A DNA stretch of 64,000 nt. Source: Deltaproteobacteria bacterium. Its GTDB lineage: Bacteria; Desulfobacterota; Binatia; HRBIN30. The notes below the pieces were generated by a model. That model did not search any database and was not told the origin of the DNA. It saw nothing but the letters and a program-made list of their open reading frames with translations. Made by a program: the position numbers and the translations under genes. Within the stretch, counting starts at the first letter, position 1; every line of letters begins with the position of its first letter. The stretch covers positions 3,939-67,938 of the forward strand of contig JACQEN010000195.1 in NCBI GenBank assembly GCA_016200585.1, written 5' to 3'. This document shows positions 39,093-47,749 of this stretch, one piece after another.

Positions 39093-42000
39093 GTGGTGCG
39101 GTCGTCGACAAATTCACAATTTCCGAAGCTGAGAGCCCTGCGATGGCAGACAGCTTCTGTGGTGGTTTCAATTGTGGGTTTGCTAAGCGGCTGTGGTGGG
39201 GGTGGGAGCGGCAGCACAACGAATGCTCCGGGCGGCTTGGCGCTTAGGGCTCTTTGGGAGCGATCTTCCACGGCGCATTCGTTGTTTCGGCCGAAAGCCT
39301 TCCAGGGCGGCTCGGAGCTTCCAGCCAGTGTATCGACGATCGTTGTGCGAGTCGGAGCTACGCAACGCGTCGTCGATCCGCATTGCGAAGCCGTGAACGG
39401 CGACTTCCCGTGTCGGCACGTCGAGATCGACGGATTGCAGCCAGGGCCGACGACCGTCCAGGTTGTCGGCTACGACGTGCCATTCGCAGCGGCAAGCACC
39501 ATCGATCAATTTGATCTTGCGCCTTCGTTCCGCAGCGATCGGCTCGATGTGATGATCCATGCCGGACAGGTGGCGGATGTGGAAGTTGATGTATTGGCTC
39601 AGCCGTTTGTTGCCTCGATCGACCCGTCTCCAGGCGCTACCGGGGTCTTCCGATCGACCCCGTTGAGCTTCCTTGTCGTCACCGCCGCCAACAGCATCAA
39701 CCTCAGTTCGATTCAAGTCGATGTCAATGGTTCTCGGGTCGTCGACGCCGGCGACCCGACGGATGGGGCACTGCTTGCCGATTGCAACGACTTGGATCCA
39801 GAAGCCCAACCGTGTACGCCCGGCGGCGCAAAGGGTGTGAGCGGCTTCTTGATCACCTACCAGCCGCTGGATGCATTTCCATCGACGACCCCGGTGACGG
39901 TTCGAGTGCAAGCGAGCGATTTGAACAGTCCGGCCCGCTCTGTCGACTTCTCGTATGCCTTTACGACCGGCACGCTTGCCGCAAGTCCGACACCGACGTG
40001 GACGCCGAGCTTGACTGCGACCCCGACCGCGACGCCGACGCGAACGGAAACGCCAACGCAGACACCGACGCCGACGGTTACGCCATCGAATACGCCGACC
40101 CCTTCCTTTACGGCGACGAGCACGGCTACAGAAGTACCGTCGGCGACGCCAACCAGCACGTCGACATTCACGCCGACGCAAACGGCTAGCCCGTCGGTGA
40201 CGCAAACGCCGACGGACACGCCCACCGACACACCGACCGAAACGCCGACGTTGACTCAGACGGCGACGGCGACGCCGACGGATACGCCGACCGCGACATC
40301 GACGGAGACGCCGACGTCTACAGCGACGAGCACGCCGACGGCGACCGCGACGTTGACCGAGACACCGGTCGCTTCGTTCACGCCGTCATCGACCGCGACG
40401 GAGACTGCGACGGCGACGGTGACCGATACCGCGACTGAAACCGCCACGCCGACGCCTTCGCAAACGCCGTCGTCGACGCCGACCAGCAGCGACACGCCGA
40501 CCGACACGCCGACGCCGACCAACACGGAAACACCGACGGAGACGCCGACCGTCACCGATACGCCGACCTTGACGGCGACCGAGACTCCGACGGAAACCCC
40601 GACGCAAACCGCGACGCCGACGGATACACCGACACCCACCGAAACATCGACGGCGACGGTGACGGCGACGCCAACCGAGACGCCAACGCCGACCGAAACC
40701 GCGACCGAAACGGCTACGCCGACTCAGACCGCGACCCCCAGCGACACACCGACGGTTACCGAAACACCCACGGAAACGGCGACGCCGACGGTGACCGACA
40801 CGCCGACCGAGACGCCCACCCCAAGTGAGACGCCGACGGCAACCGATACTGAGACAGTCACCGAAACACCGACCGAAACGGCAACACCGACACAGACGCC
40901 GACGGCAAGCGATACGCCTACGGCGACTCAGACATCCACCGATAGTCCCACGCCATCGGTGACGGCGACGGCGACGGAAACACCGACGGAGACGGCTACA
41001 GCGAGCGCCTCCGAAAGTCCGACCGCTACGCCAACCGAGACAGCGACGGAAACGCCGACCGACACCGCGACGGAGACGCCGACCGAGACCGTTACCGAGA
41101 CGCCGACAGAAACCGCTACGGAAACTGCGACGCCTACGGAAACGCCGACGGTCACGGCTACCGCAACGGCCACCGAAACCGCCACGGAGACGCCCACACC
41201 GACGATCACGGATACGCCCACCGAGACAGCGACCCCGAGCGTAACGGCAACGCCGACGGAGACGGCCACGCCGTCAGCGACGTCGACCGCAACGTCTACG
41301 GCCACGCCGACGGTGATCCCGCGCGCCTATGTAAGTAACGCCGGCAGCAACAGCGTGTCGGTAATCGATACGACCTCGAACACGGTGGTCAGCACCATTC
41401 CGGTTGGTACGAGCCCGTTCGGCGTTGCCGTAAGCGGTCAGGGGACGCGTGTCTATGTGACCAATCAATCCAGCAACAGTATGTCGATCATCGATGCCGG
41501 GGTGAACGCCGTCATCAATACGGTTGGCGTCGGACGCGGTCCAGTCGGATTGGCGGTGATGGCCACGGGAGACAAGGTGTACGTTGTGAACAAGATCGAC
41601 GCCAACGTGTCGGTTTACGACGTCAACAACGGGATCCTCGGCAATATCGCGGTCGGTAACTCGCCCGTCGGCATTGCGGTGAACCCAATTCAGGCAAGGG
41701 CCTATGTCGCCAACCAATTGAGTAACTCGATTTCGGTCATCGATACCAACTTCGATGTTGTCGTCGATACCTTGTCGATTGCCAGCCAGCCCTTCGGCAT
41801 CGCTGTCAGTCGCGACGGCGGTCGCTTCTACTTTACCAACCTCGGTAACAACAGCGTTGTCGAAGTGGAAACGACGACCAATACGGTTGTTCGCACCTAT
41901 CTGCTCGGCAACAACACGCGACCGTTTGGTGTTACGGTAAGCCCGGATGGAACACATGTGTACGCTGCTAATGTCCAGGGTAACTCGGTATCGGTTATCA

Positions 42001-42251
42001 ACACGGTGACGCACGCGCTGACCACGGTATCCCTCGGCACCGGTAGTGCTCCGTTCGGCGTTTCGGTGAATCCGGAAGGCACCTTGCTCTACGTTGCCAA
42101 CTCGAATCGAGGGAACGTGTCGGTGATCGACGCTTTGACGAACGCAGTCGTGCGCACGATTGCGGTTCAGTCGATGCCGACTGCGTTTGGCCAGTTCATT
42201 GAACCCGCAGCGGCCCAGTCGGGCGGTACGGGTTCGCTCATTGTGCCGTAA
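39093..42251 (+). CDS. Giant lipoprotein: lipobox, Ig-like region, about 440-aa acidic Thr/Pro stalk, C-terminal YVTN-type beta-propeller
   Basis: The signal and lipobox are [23 protein letters not shown] starts at 39093/39096 follow aggagg. Propeller repeats are [71 protein letters not shown] and [17 protein letters not shown]. The C-terminal end is MPTAFGQFI. Confidence 0.8.
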   Translation: MVRSSTNSQFPKLRALRWQTASVVVSIVGLLSGCGGGGSGSTTNAPGGLALRALWERSSTAHSLFRPKAFQGGSELPASVSTIVVRVGATQRVVDPHCEAVNGDFPCRHVEIDGLQPGPTTVQVVGYDVPFAAASTIDQFDLAPSFRSDRLDVMIHAGQVADVEVDVLAQPFVASIDPSPGATGVFRSTPLSFLVVTAANSINLSSIQVDVNGSRVVDAGDPTDGALLADCNDLDPEAQPCTPGGAKGVSGFLITYQPLDAFPSTTPVTVRVQASDLNSPARSVDFSYAFTTGTLAASPTPTWTPSLTATPTATPTRTETPTQTPTPTVTPSNTPTPSFTATSTATEVPSATPTSTSTFTPTQTASPSVTQTPTDTPTDTPTETPTLTQTATATPTDTPTATSTETPTSTATSTPTATATLTETPVASFTPSSTATETATATVTDTATETATPTPSQTPSSTPTSSDTPTDTPTPTNTETPTETPTVTDTPTLTATETPTETPTQTATPTDTPTPTETSTATVTATPTETPTPTETATETATPTQTATPSDTPTVTETPTETATPTVTDTPTETPTPSETPTATDTETVTETPTETATPTQTPTASDTPTATQTSTDSPTPSVTATATETPTETATASASESPTATPTETATETPTDTATETPTETVTETPTETATETATPTETPTVTATATATETATETPTPTITDTPTETATPSVTATPTETATPSATSTATSTATPTVIPRAYVSNAGSNSVSVIDTTSNTVVSTIPVGTSPFGVAVSGQGTRVYVTNQSSNSMSIIDAGVNAVINTVGVGRGPVGLAVMATGDKVYVVNKIDANVSVYDVNNGILGNIAVGNSPVGIAVNPIQARAYVANQLSNSISVIDTNFDVVVDTLSIASQPFGIAVSRDGGRFYFTNLGNNSVVEVETTTNTVVRTYLLGNNTRPFGVTVSPDGTHVYAANVQGNSVSVINTVTHALTTVSLGTGSAPFGVSVNPEGTLLYVANSNRGNVSVIDALTNAVVRTIAVQSMPTAFGQFIEPAAAQSGGTGSLIVP
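39984..41313 (+). repeat. About 443-aa acidic Thr/Pro/Glu/Asp low-complexity stalk (degenerate [ED]TPT / TATPT units)
   Basis: e.g. [54 protein letters not shown]...[52 protein letters not shown]. The DNA is dominated by acg/acc-ccg-acN-gaN codon strings. Confidence 0.9.
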
Positions 42252-42268
42252 GGGTGGGGAGACCAGAC

Positions 42269-43807
42269 GTGAGGCTGCGGGTTATTCGGCGCTTCTTGGT
42301 AAGCGGTATCGTGGTGCTTGCACTATCCGCGGCGGCGCGTGCCAACGTTCGATCACAAGCTTTGTACGCGCGCGGGCTGATTCCATTTAATGCCGGCCGC
42401 TGGGCCGAATCGTTTCAATTGTTCAACCAAGCGGTGGAAGCAGACGCAAACGATGCTTTGGCTTGGTACTACCGTGGACTGACCTCGGCGCGCCAGGGCA
42501 TGACCGATGAGGCGGCGCATGACATTGAAAAGGCGCTGCAGATTTCACCCAACCTGCCGCACGCCACCCTCGATCTGGGCATCGCCTACTTCAGTGCAGG
42601 CAAGCACGCCGATGCCAAACGTACGCTGCAGAAGGCAGCGGAGCAGGGATATGAGCCGCGTACCGTTGCGTTCTTTCTTGGACTCGTCTCGTATCGGCTG
42701 GGTGAGGACAGCGAAGCGGCAAACTACTTCAAGGATGCCAAGGCTGACCCGGAGCTTCGCGGCGCCGCTCAATACTACTTGGCGTTGGTCGAAGTGAAAC
42801 AGGGCGATACGGAAGCGGCTCGATCGGAGCTCGCGGGTACGGCTCACGACCTGTCGCAGTCCGAGATCGGTCGCGCGGCGCAAGATTATATCGCCAACGG
42901 CGGTGCTGCGCCGACTCGTCCGGCGACTCGGTGGTCCCTCTACGGAGACCTGCACTTCGAGTACGACAGTAATGTTACCATCGGCCCGTCGAGCACTTTT
43001 GCCAACACTCGCGACATCAGCGGTCGATCCGATGAGCGTGTCGTCATCGGAGCCGGGGGGCGTTACAGCTTCCTCGATTCGGATGTCTGGTCGCTCGTTG
43101 GGACCTATGATTTTTCACAGAGCGTCCATTTCGATTTGACGCAGTACGACCTGCAGGGGCACCGGCTGGGTTTGGAACTGGCTTCGCACCGTGGCATCCT
43201 GCGTTATGGCATCGCCGGCAACTACGATTTCTTTGCGCTCAACTATCAGAGCTTCTATCAAGAGGGATTGGCGACCCCGTGGCTGACCTTTGATGAAGGT
43301 GGGGTCGCCGCAACCCAGCTTTACTATCGTTTGCGCGGCCGCGATTTTTTCCGAGCGCCGTACGATCCCGGGCGTGACGCGATCAATCACGCCTTCGGGC
43401 TGCGCCAATTCCTGGAGCTGGGCGATCCTGAACGCGTTTTGTTTGCCGGATACCAATTCGATATCGAAGACACCGTGTCGAATGGGCCGCAGGGAAAAAC
43501 ATTCCAGTACGAAGGTCACCAATTTGAAGTAGGGTTGATGTTGCCGATTTCCGATTCGGCTCATTCGGATGCTGCCTACCTGTTCCGGCACGACGACTAC
43601 GACTCGGTGAACAGCGGCTTCGGAAAGAAGCGCCGAGACGACGAGCACCAGGTGGTGGTCGGCCTTGGTTACACGCTTAATGCCAACTGGGCCTTCGATG
43701 TTCATTACATAGGAACCTTCAACGACTCGAACATTCGCCAGCAAAGCGTTTCGTTCTTCGACTACGACCGGCATATCGTATCGTTCGGCGCCAGGTTCAC
43801 CTACTGA
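42269..43807 (+). CDS. Outer-membrane protein with an N-terminal TPR domain and a C-terminal beta-barrel of about 14 strands (Slam/DUF560-like architecture)
   Basis: The ORF track start is 42254; GTG 42269 after ggggaga gives the signal MRLRVIRRFLVSGIVVLALSAAARA. The TPR-like helices are AESFQLFNQAVEADANDALAWYYRGLTSARQGMTDEAAHDIEKALQISPN.. I count about 13-14 alternating amphipathic strands by eye (WSLYGDLHFEYDSN .. RHIVSFGARFTY), with a terminal aromatic residue. The gene starts 2-17 nt after the lipoprotein stop. Confidence 0.7.
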   Translation: MRLRVIRRFLVSGIVVLALSAAARANVRSQALYARGLIPFNAGRWAESFQLFNQAVEADANDALAWYYRGLTSARQGMTDEAAHDIEKALQISPNLPHATLDLGIAYFSAGKHADAKRTLQKAAEQGYEPRTVAFFLGLVSYRLGEDSEAANYFKDAKADPELRGAAQYYLALVEVKQGDTEAARSELAGTAHDLSQSEIGRAAQDYIANGGAAPTRPATRWSLYGDLHFEYDSNVTIGPSSTFANTRDISGRSDERVVIGAGGRYSFLDSDVWSLVGTYDFSQSVHFDLTQYDLQGHRLGLELASHRGILRYGIAGNYDFFALNYQSFYQEGLATPWLTFDEGGVAATQLYYRLRGRDFFRAPYDPGRDAINHAFGLRQFLELGDPERVLFAGYQFDIEDTVSNGPQGKTFQYEGHQFEVGLMLPISDSAHSDAAYLFRHDDYDSVNSGFGKKRRDDEHQVVVGLGYTLNANWAFDVHYIGTFNDSNIRQQSVSFFDYDRHIVSFGARFTY

Positions 43808-43815
43808 GGCTGATT

Positions 43816-44712
43816 ATGCGGAAACCTACGAAGCGAGTTGTGGCAGTTGGTGCGGCAGTGGTGGTCGTGGTGCTCGCTCGGCAACTGCAGGCGCAAGGCG
43901 AGGCCGGTGTCTTCGCCGCCGTACAAGGCAAGGTCGAGGTTCAGCGTCGAGGTGCGTGGCAAGATGCGACCATCGGCACTCCGTTCCAGGTTGGCGACCG
44001 AATGCGGACCGGAGCGGGGGATCGCGCCAAGCTGGTGCTGCGCGACGACAGCGTTCTCGACATGGCGCCCGGATCCGAGATCGTCGTCGATGACATGGTA
44101 ACGGATCCGGCGCAGCAAAAGGTCCAGTCGGCGCTGCGGTTGTTTCAGGGGCGAGTCCGCGCCTGGGTCAGCGAAGCCTATCATCAGCCGCGGGCTCACT
44201 ATGAGATCGAGACACCGACCGCGGTTGCCGGTGTGCGCGGCACGGAGTTCATTGCGGCGTATGATATCGACACGGAGGCGACCGAAATCATAGGGTTGGT
44301 CGAGGACGTCGACGTCGTCGGCAAGATCGCGGCAATGAGCGGCGGACGCGTGAGGATCGGCCCGAATATGACCACGCGGATTCTCAAAGGACGCCTACCA
44401 ACCGTCCCGGCACGCGTAGACGAAGGCCACTTGCGCCAATACCTCGACAGCTTTGATCTCATCGGTACCGGCCGACGGGATGGACTCAATGTGTTTCATC
44501 CCGTCCTTGCGGGCCGACTCATCGAGCCCGGAGATGTTCCGGGAGGAGCCGAGGAAGCGCCGCAGGAGGCACTGCTTGGTGGCAAATCTCCCGATCTTCC
44601 CCTGGCCGATCGCCTGTCGCTTGATTCGTCCACGAACTCACAACCGCTTCAGGGATTTCGCGCCAGTCCGCCAGGGCAGGGGTCGACCGGTGGTGTCCGC
44701 GTGAATTTTTGA
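43816..44712 (+). CDS. FecR-domain periplasmic/envelope protein
   Basis: The signal is VVAVGAAVVVVVLARQLQAQG. The FecR-type core is GKVEVQRRGAWQDATIGTPFQVGDRMRTGAGDRAKLVLRDDSVLDMAPGSEIVV..YEIETPTAVAGVRGTEF. It starts 9 nt after the preceding stop. Confidence 0.8.
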   Translation: MRKPTKRVVAVGAAVVVVVLARQLQAQGEAGVFAAVQGKVEVQRRGAWQDATIGTPFQVGDRMRTGAGDRAKLVLRDDSVLDMAPGSEIVVDDMVTDPAQQKVQSALRLFQGRVRAWVSEAYHQPRAHYEIETPTAVAGVRGTEFIAAYDIDTEATEIIGLVEDVDVVGKIAAMSGGRVRIGPNMTTRILKGRLPTVPARVDEGHLRQYLDSFDLIGTGRRDGLNVFHPVLAGRLIEPGDVPGGAEEAPQEALLGGKSPDLPLADRLSLDSSTNSQPLQGFRASPPGQGSTGGVRVNF

Positions 44713-44865
44713 GAAGGATCCGGGTTTTCCTAGGTCCTAACGGTGATCGTTTCAGGTCGTGCTGACCTGCGATTGTAGTCCGAGCGGACTTGCGAGCAGG
44801 GGGCTTTTGTGCCATGAAGCATTCATACGCCATACAAGAACAGGTTGTAGGAAGGAGATAATCTT

Positions 44866-45114
44866 ATGGCAAGAGTGCGGGGTGCAGGGATCGTGGGGAT
44901 GTTGTTGCTCGCGGGTCTGGTTGCGGGTTGCGGGGCACGCAAGCCACTGATTGATCCGGACGCGGTATCTCGAATCGAAGCTGCGGCAAGCAAGGCTGAA
45001 GCGGCTGCCACCAAGGCAGAAACCGCTGCCAAGAGTGCAGCGGACGCTGCGGCACGAGCCGAAGCCGCTGCCGCCAAGGCTCAGAGCCGTTTCACCAAAG
45101 GACTCAAGAAGTAG
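44866..45114 (+). CDS. Small alanine-zipper outer-membrane lipoprotein (OprI/Lpp-like), C-terminal Lys
   Basis: 82 aa. The lipobox is LLLAGLVAGCG. The Ala-rich coiled coil is RIEAAASKAEAAATKAETAAKSAADAAARAEAAAAKAQ. The protein ends ..GLKK. The RBS gaaggaga is at 44851..44858. Confidence 0.7.
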   Translation: MARVRGAGIVGMLLLAGLVAGCGARKPLIDPDAVSRIEAAASKAEAAATKAETAAKSAADAAARAEAAAAKAQSRFTKGLKK

Positions 45115-45191
45115 GATTTTGCAAGTTAGCGCAGCGCCACTCTGCGTGGCGGTCAGGCACAAATTGGTCTCAAGGAGAAGGAGGTGACGAC

Positions 45192-45452
45192 ATGCAGTTC
45201 GGTATGAAGATGAAGGCGGCAACGGCAGTCGCAGCAGCGTTGGTTCTAGCCGGTGCCACTTCGGGGTGCGCTTGCAAGTCCAGCGCAGAAGACCAAGCCG
45301 CGGTTCAGCGAGTTGAAGCGGCGGCCAGTAAGGCCGAAATGGCAGCGAACAAGGCTGAGGCAGCCGCGAGAAGCGCTGGCGATGCCGCGCAGCGTGCTGA
45401 AGCCGCAGCGCAGAAGGCGGAAGCGATCTTCCAGAAGCACATGCGGAAGTAA
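45192..45452 (+). CDS. Small alanine-zipper outer-membrane lipoprotein (OprI/Lpp-like), tandem paralog
   Basis: 86 aa. The lipobox is LVLAGATSGCA. The coiled coil is RVEAAASKAEMAANKAEAAARSAGDAAQRAEAAAQKAEA. The protein ends ..HMRK. A strong RBS, aaggagaaggagg, is at 45172..45184. Confidence 0.7.
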   Translation: MQFGMKMKAATAVAAALVLAGATSGCACKSSAEDQAAVQRVEAAASKAEMAANKAEAAARSAGDAAQRAEAAAQKAEAIFQKHMRK

Positions 45453-45475
45453 TCTCCTTCTACGGTACGTTAACG

Positions 45476-45510
45476 ATGGGCGACTCGAGATGAGTCGCCC
45501 ATTTCTTTTG
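45476..45510 (+). terminator. Rho-independent terminator: 11-bp perfect stem, 5-nt loop, T-rich tail
   Basis: atgggcgactc (45476..45486), loop gagat, gagtcgcccat (45492..45502), then ttcttttg. It sits between convergent genes. Confidence 0.75.
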
Positions 45511-45546
45511 CGGCGAGCAAATGACGCGTCGGGCCTAGCTTCACCT

Positions 45547-46575
45547 TTACTTCGCAAAGGTGACCATGGTCTTGATGGCGCTGCGATCTTCTGCGGCAGT
45601 TCGGTAAGCCTCGGCCGCCTGCTCGAGGGCGAAACGGTGCGTTACAAGATGGCGCGCACTCACCACGCCCGATCCGATGTATTCGAGCGCCGCGCGCGTT
45701 TCTGTCGGGCCGCAGGAGTAGCTCGGAACCAGCTTGATCTCTCTGAAATAGAGGTCGTTGGTCGACACGTTCAAGCTCGTTCCGGGCGGCGTTCCCATGA
45801 ATTGAACGACCGTTGCTCCCTTCGCTGCGCAGCAAATTCCCAGCTCGATTGCGTCGACGGTGGCCGGTCCGACGATGACTACCTCGGCCCCCTCGCCGGC
45901 GGTCACTTCGGCAACGCTTTGGACCAAGTCGTGTGTCGACGCGTTGATCGTCGCATCGGCGCCGAGTTGGCGCGCATGATCACATCGCGATGCGATGAGA
46001 TCCGCCGCGATGATCTGCCGCGCTCCGCGGTGCTTGGCGAGCAGCACGTGTGTCTGGCCCATCACGCCCAAGCCAATGATCAGCACCGATGCGCCGGCAA
46101 CGTCGCCGGCACGGTTGAGAGACTTCACCACGCAAGCCGTGGGTTCGACCAGCGCCCCGTCTTCGTTGCTGACATGGTCCGGCAGCAGCAGGGTGTCGGC
46201 GAATAAATTGGTCTCCTGGACAAGGAAATATTCCGCCATCCCGCCTGGGACGATCTGGCTGGCGCGCCAAATTGGGCACTGAACAAATTCGCCCCGACGA
46301 CATGCCCTGCAATTGAGACACGGAGCGTGGTGGTGGACGAAGACGCGGTCGCCCGGTCGTAGGTGCTCGACCTCGGCGCCTACTTCAACGATCTCGCCGG
46401 CCGGTTCGTGGCCGAATACCAAAGGCGCCTTCTTGCGTATGTACCAAGCAACGACATCACCCGAGCAGATTCCGCACGCTTGGGTTCGTACCAGAGCCTC
46501 GCGAGGTCCCGGCCTCGGTACTGGATCTTCCTCGATGCGCACATCCAGGAAGTCGTAGAGACGCGCCACTTTCAT
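45547..46575 (-). CDS. Zn-dependent alcohol dehydrogenase (MDR superfamily)
   Basis: GICSGD, GHEPAGEIVEVG and the structural-Zn Cys cluster CLNCRACRRGEFVQC. The Rossmann motif is VLIIGLGVMGQ. Confidence 0.9.
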   Translation of the reverse strand: MKVARLYDFLDVRIEEDPVPRPGPREALVRTQACGICSGDVVAWYIRKKAPLVFGHEPAGEIVEVGAEVEHLRPGDRVFVHHHAPCLNCRACRRGEFVQCPIWRASQIVPGGMAEYFLVQETNLFADTLLLPDHVSNEDGALVEPTACVVKSLNRAGDVAGASVLIIGLGVMGQTHVLLAKHRGARQIIAADLIASRCDHARQLGADATINASTHDLVQSVAEVTAGEGAEVVIVGPATVDAIELGICCAAKGATVVQFMGTPPGTSLNVSTNDLYFREIKLVPSYSCGPTETRAALEYIGSGVVSARHLVTHRFALEQAAEAYRTAAEDRSAIKTMVTFAK

Positions 46576-46577
46576 GT

Positions 46578-47603
46578 CTACGGATGGATGACGAACTTGA
46601 TGCCGAGGCCCAGGCGGTGAGCCTCCAAAGCTGCCGGCAACTCCGGCAGCGGATAGGCTCCCGTGATGAGCGCGTCACCCGGCAGTTTGCCGCTGCAAAG
46701 CAACTCGTAGGCGCGGCGAACGGCCCGCGGTGTGGAATGGAACGGGCTGTAGACGCGCAACTCGTCGTAGTGCAAACGCTGCGTATCCAAACGTACGTCG
46801 GTTCCTGGCGCGCAGCCGCCGAACAGAACGACCGTTCCGCCGCGCCGCGCCAGCGATGGCGCGGCCTCCCATACCGGGACTTGGCCGGTGCACTCGATGA
46901 CGACGTCGGCGCCGCGTCCATCGGTGTAGTCGCGAACCGAAGCGGCCGCCGCTTCAACGCCACCGATGAAGACCTTTTCAGCGCCCAGACGCCGCGCGTG
47001 AGCGGCGCGCTCGGGGGAACGTCCGAGGACGGCGATACGCTGGGTGCCCAGGGCGCGCAAGGCAAGGAGATGCAGTAGACTGATCGCACCTGCGCCGATG
47101 AGAATCACCGTGTCGTCGGGCTCCAACGGGAGAGTTTCGAGCCCGTGCATGACGCACGACAGCGGTTCCAGCAATGCGGCCGCCGCAAAGGACAATTCCG
47201 GCGGCTTGGCGTAAAGGTTGTTCTTGACGACACGCTCCGGGAGCTTGATGTACTCGGCGTAAGCCCCGAGCGTGATCGTTTCCATCACCGTGTCGCAAAG
47301 GTTTTCCTGGCGACGTCGGCAGTGGTAGCAGCTGCCGCACGGCCCGGTCGGGGTGGCCATGACCGCGTCGCCGGCCCGCACTCCTTTGACCTGTGCGCCA
47401 ACTTCGGCGACCTCGCCCGCGAACTCGTGCCCGAACGGCGTCGGCATCGGGAACTTGGGGTGACCGCGTAGAAAAGCCTTTACATCGGTACCGCACGTGA
47501 GAGCGGCCCGGATACGTAAGACAACCTCACCCGGGCCGGGCGAAGGACGTAACAGCTCGCGCAATTCGATACGACCAGGTTCCACAAGAACATGAGCCAG
47601 CAT
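46578..47603 (-). CDS. Zn-dependent alcohol dehydrogenase (MDR superfamily), second copy
   Basis: The start MLAHVLVEPG is at 47603; the ORF track extends to 47687. Motifs are LTCGTDVK, GHEFAGEVAEVG and CGSCYHCRRRQENLC. The Rossmann motif is VILIGAGAISLL. The gap to the downstream ADH is 2 nt. Confidence 0.85.
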   Translation of the reverse strand: MLAHVLVEPGRIELRELLRPSPGPGEVVLRIRAALTCGTDVKAFLRGHPKFPMPTPFGHEFAGEVAEVGAQVKGVRAGDAVMATPTGPCGSCYHCRRRQENLCDTVMETITLGAYAEYIKLPERVVKNNLYAKPPELSFAAAALLEPLSCVMHGLETLPLEPDDTVILIGAGAISLLHLLALRALGTQRIAVLGRSPERAAHARRLGAEKVFIGGVEAAAASVRDYTDGRGADVVIECTGQVPVWEAAPSLARRGGTVVLFGGCAPGTDVRLDTQRLHYDELRVYSPFHSTPRAVRRAYELLCSGKLPGDALITGAYPLPELPAALEAHRLGLGIKFVIHP

Positions 47604-47749
47604 CGAAGAGCGTGTGCCGATCGTGGCGATGGCTGTGGAGGAGCGATGCATATCGGTAGGGGTATCGGTGGGTATTTGGCTTGTCAATCGTCACAGCCAA
47701 TGGCGTCACGGTCGGTGACTTCGGGCGCGCCTGTCGCTAGACTGGTTCG

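Noticed and set aside
39984-41313. The periodic DNA repeats in the Thr/Pro regions looked superficially like a repeat array (CRISPR or satellite).
   Set aside because: The units are degenerate 9-12-nt codon repeats inside one long ORF. There is no fixed repeat/unique-spacer alternation and no cas genes.
44712-44866. Short hairpins (caggtc-gtgct-gacctg and agtccg-agc-ggact) ahead of the first OprI-like gene, and cgccac-tctgc-gtggcg between the two OprI-like genes. I considered these as sRNA or attenuator candidates.
   Set aside because: The stems are only 5-6 bp with no U-tract, and I cannot assess conservation. This is not enough for a call.
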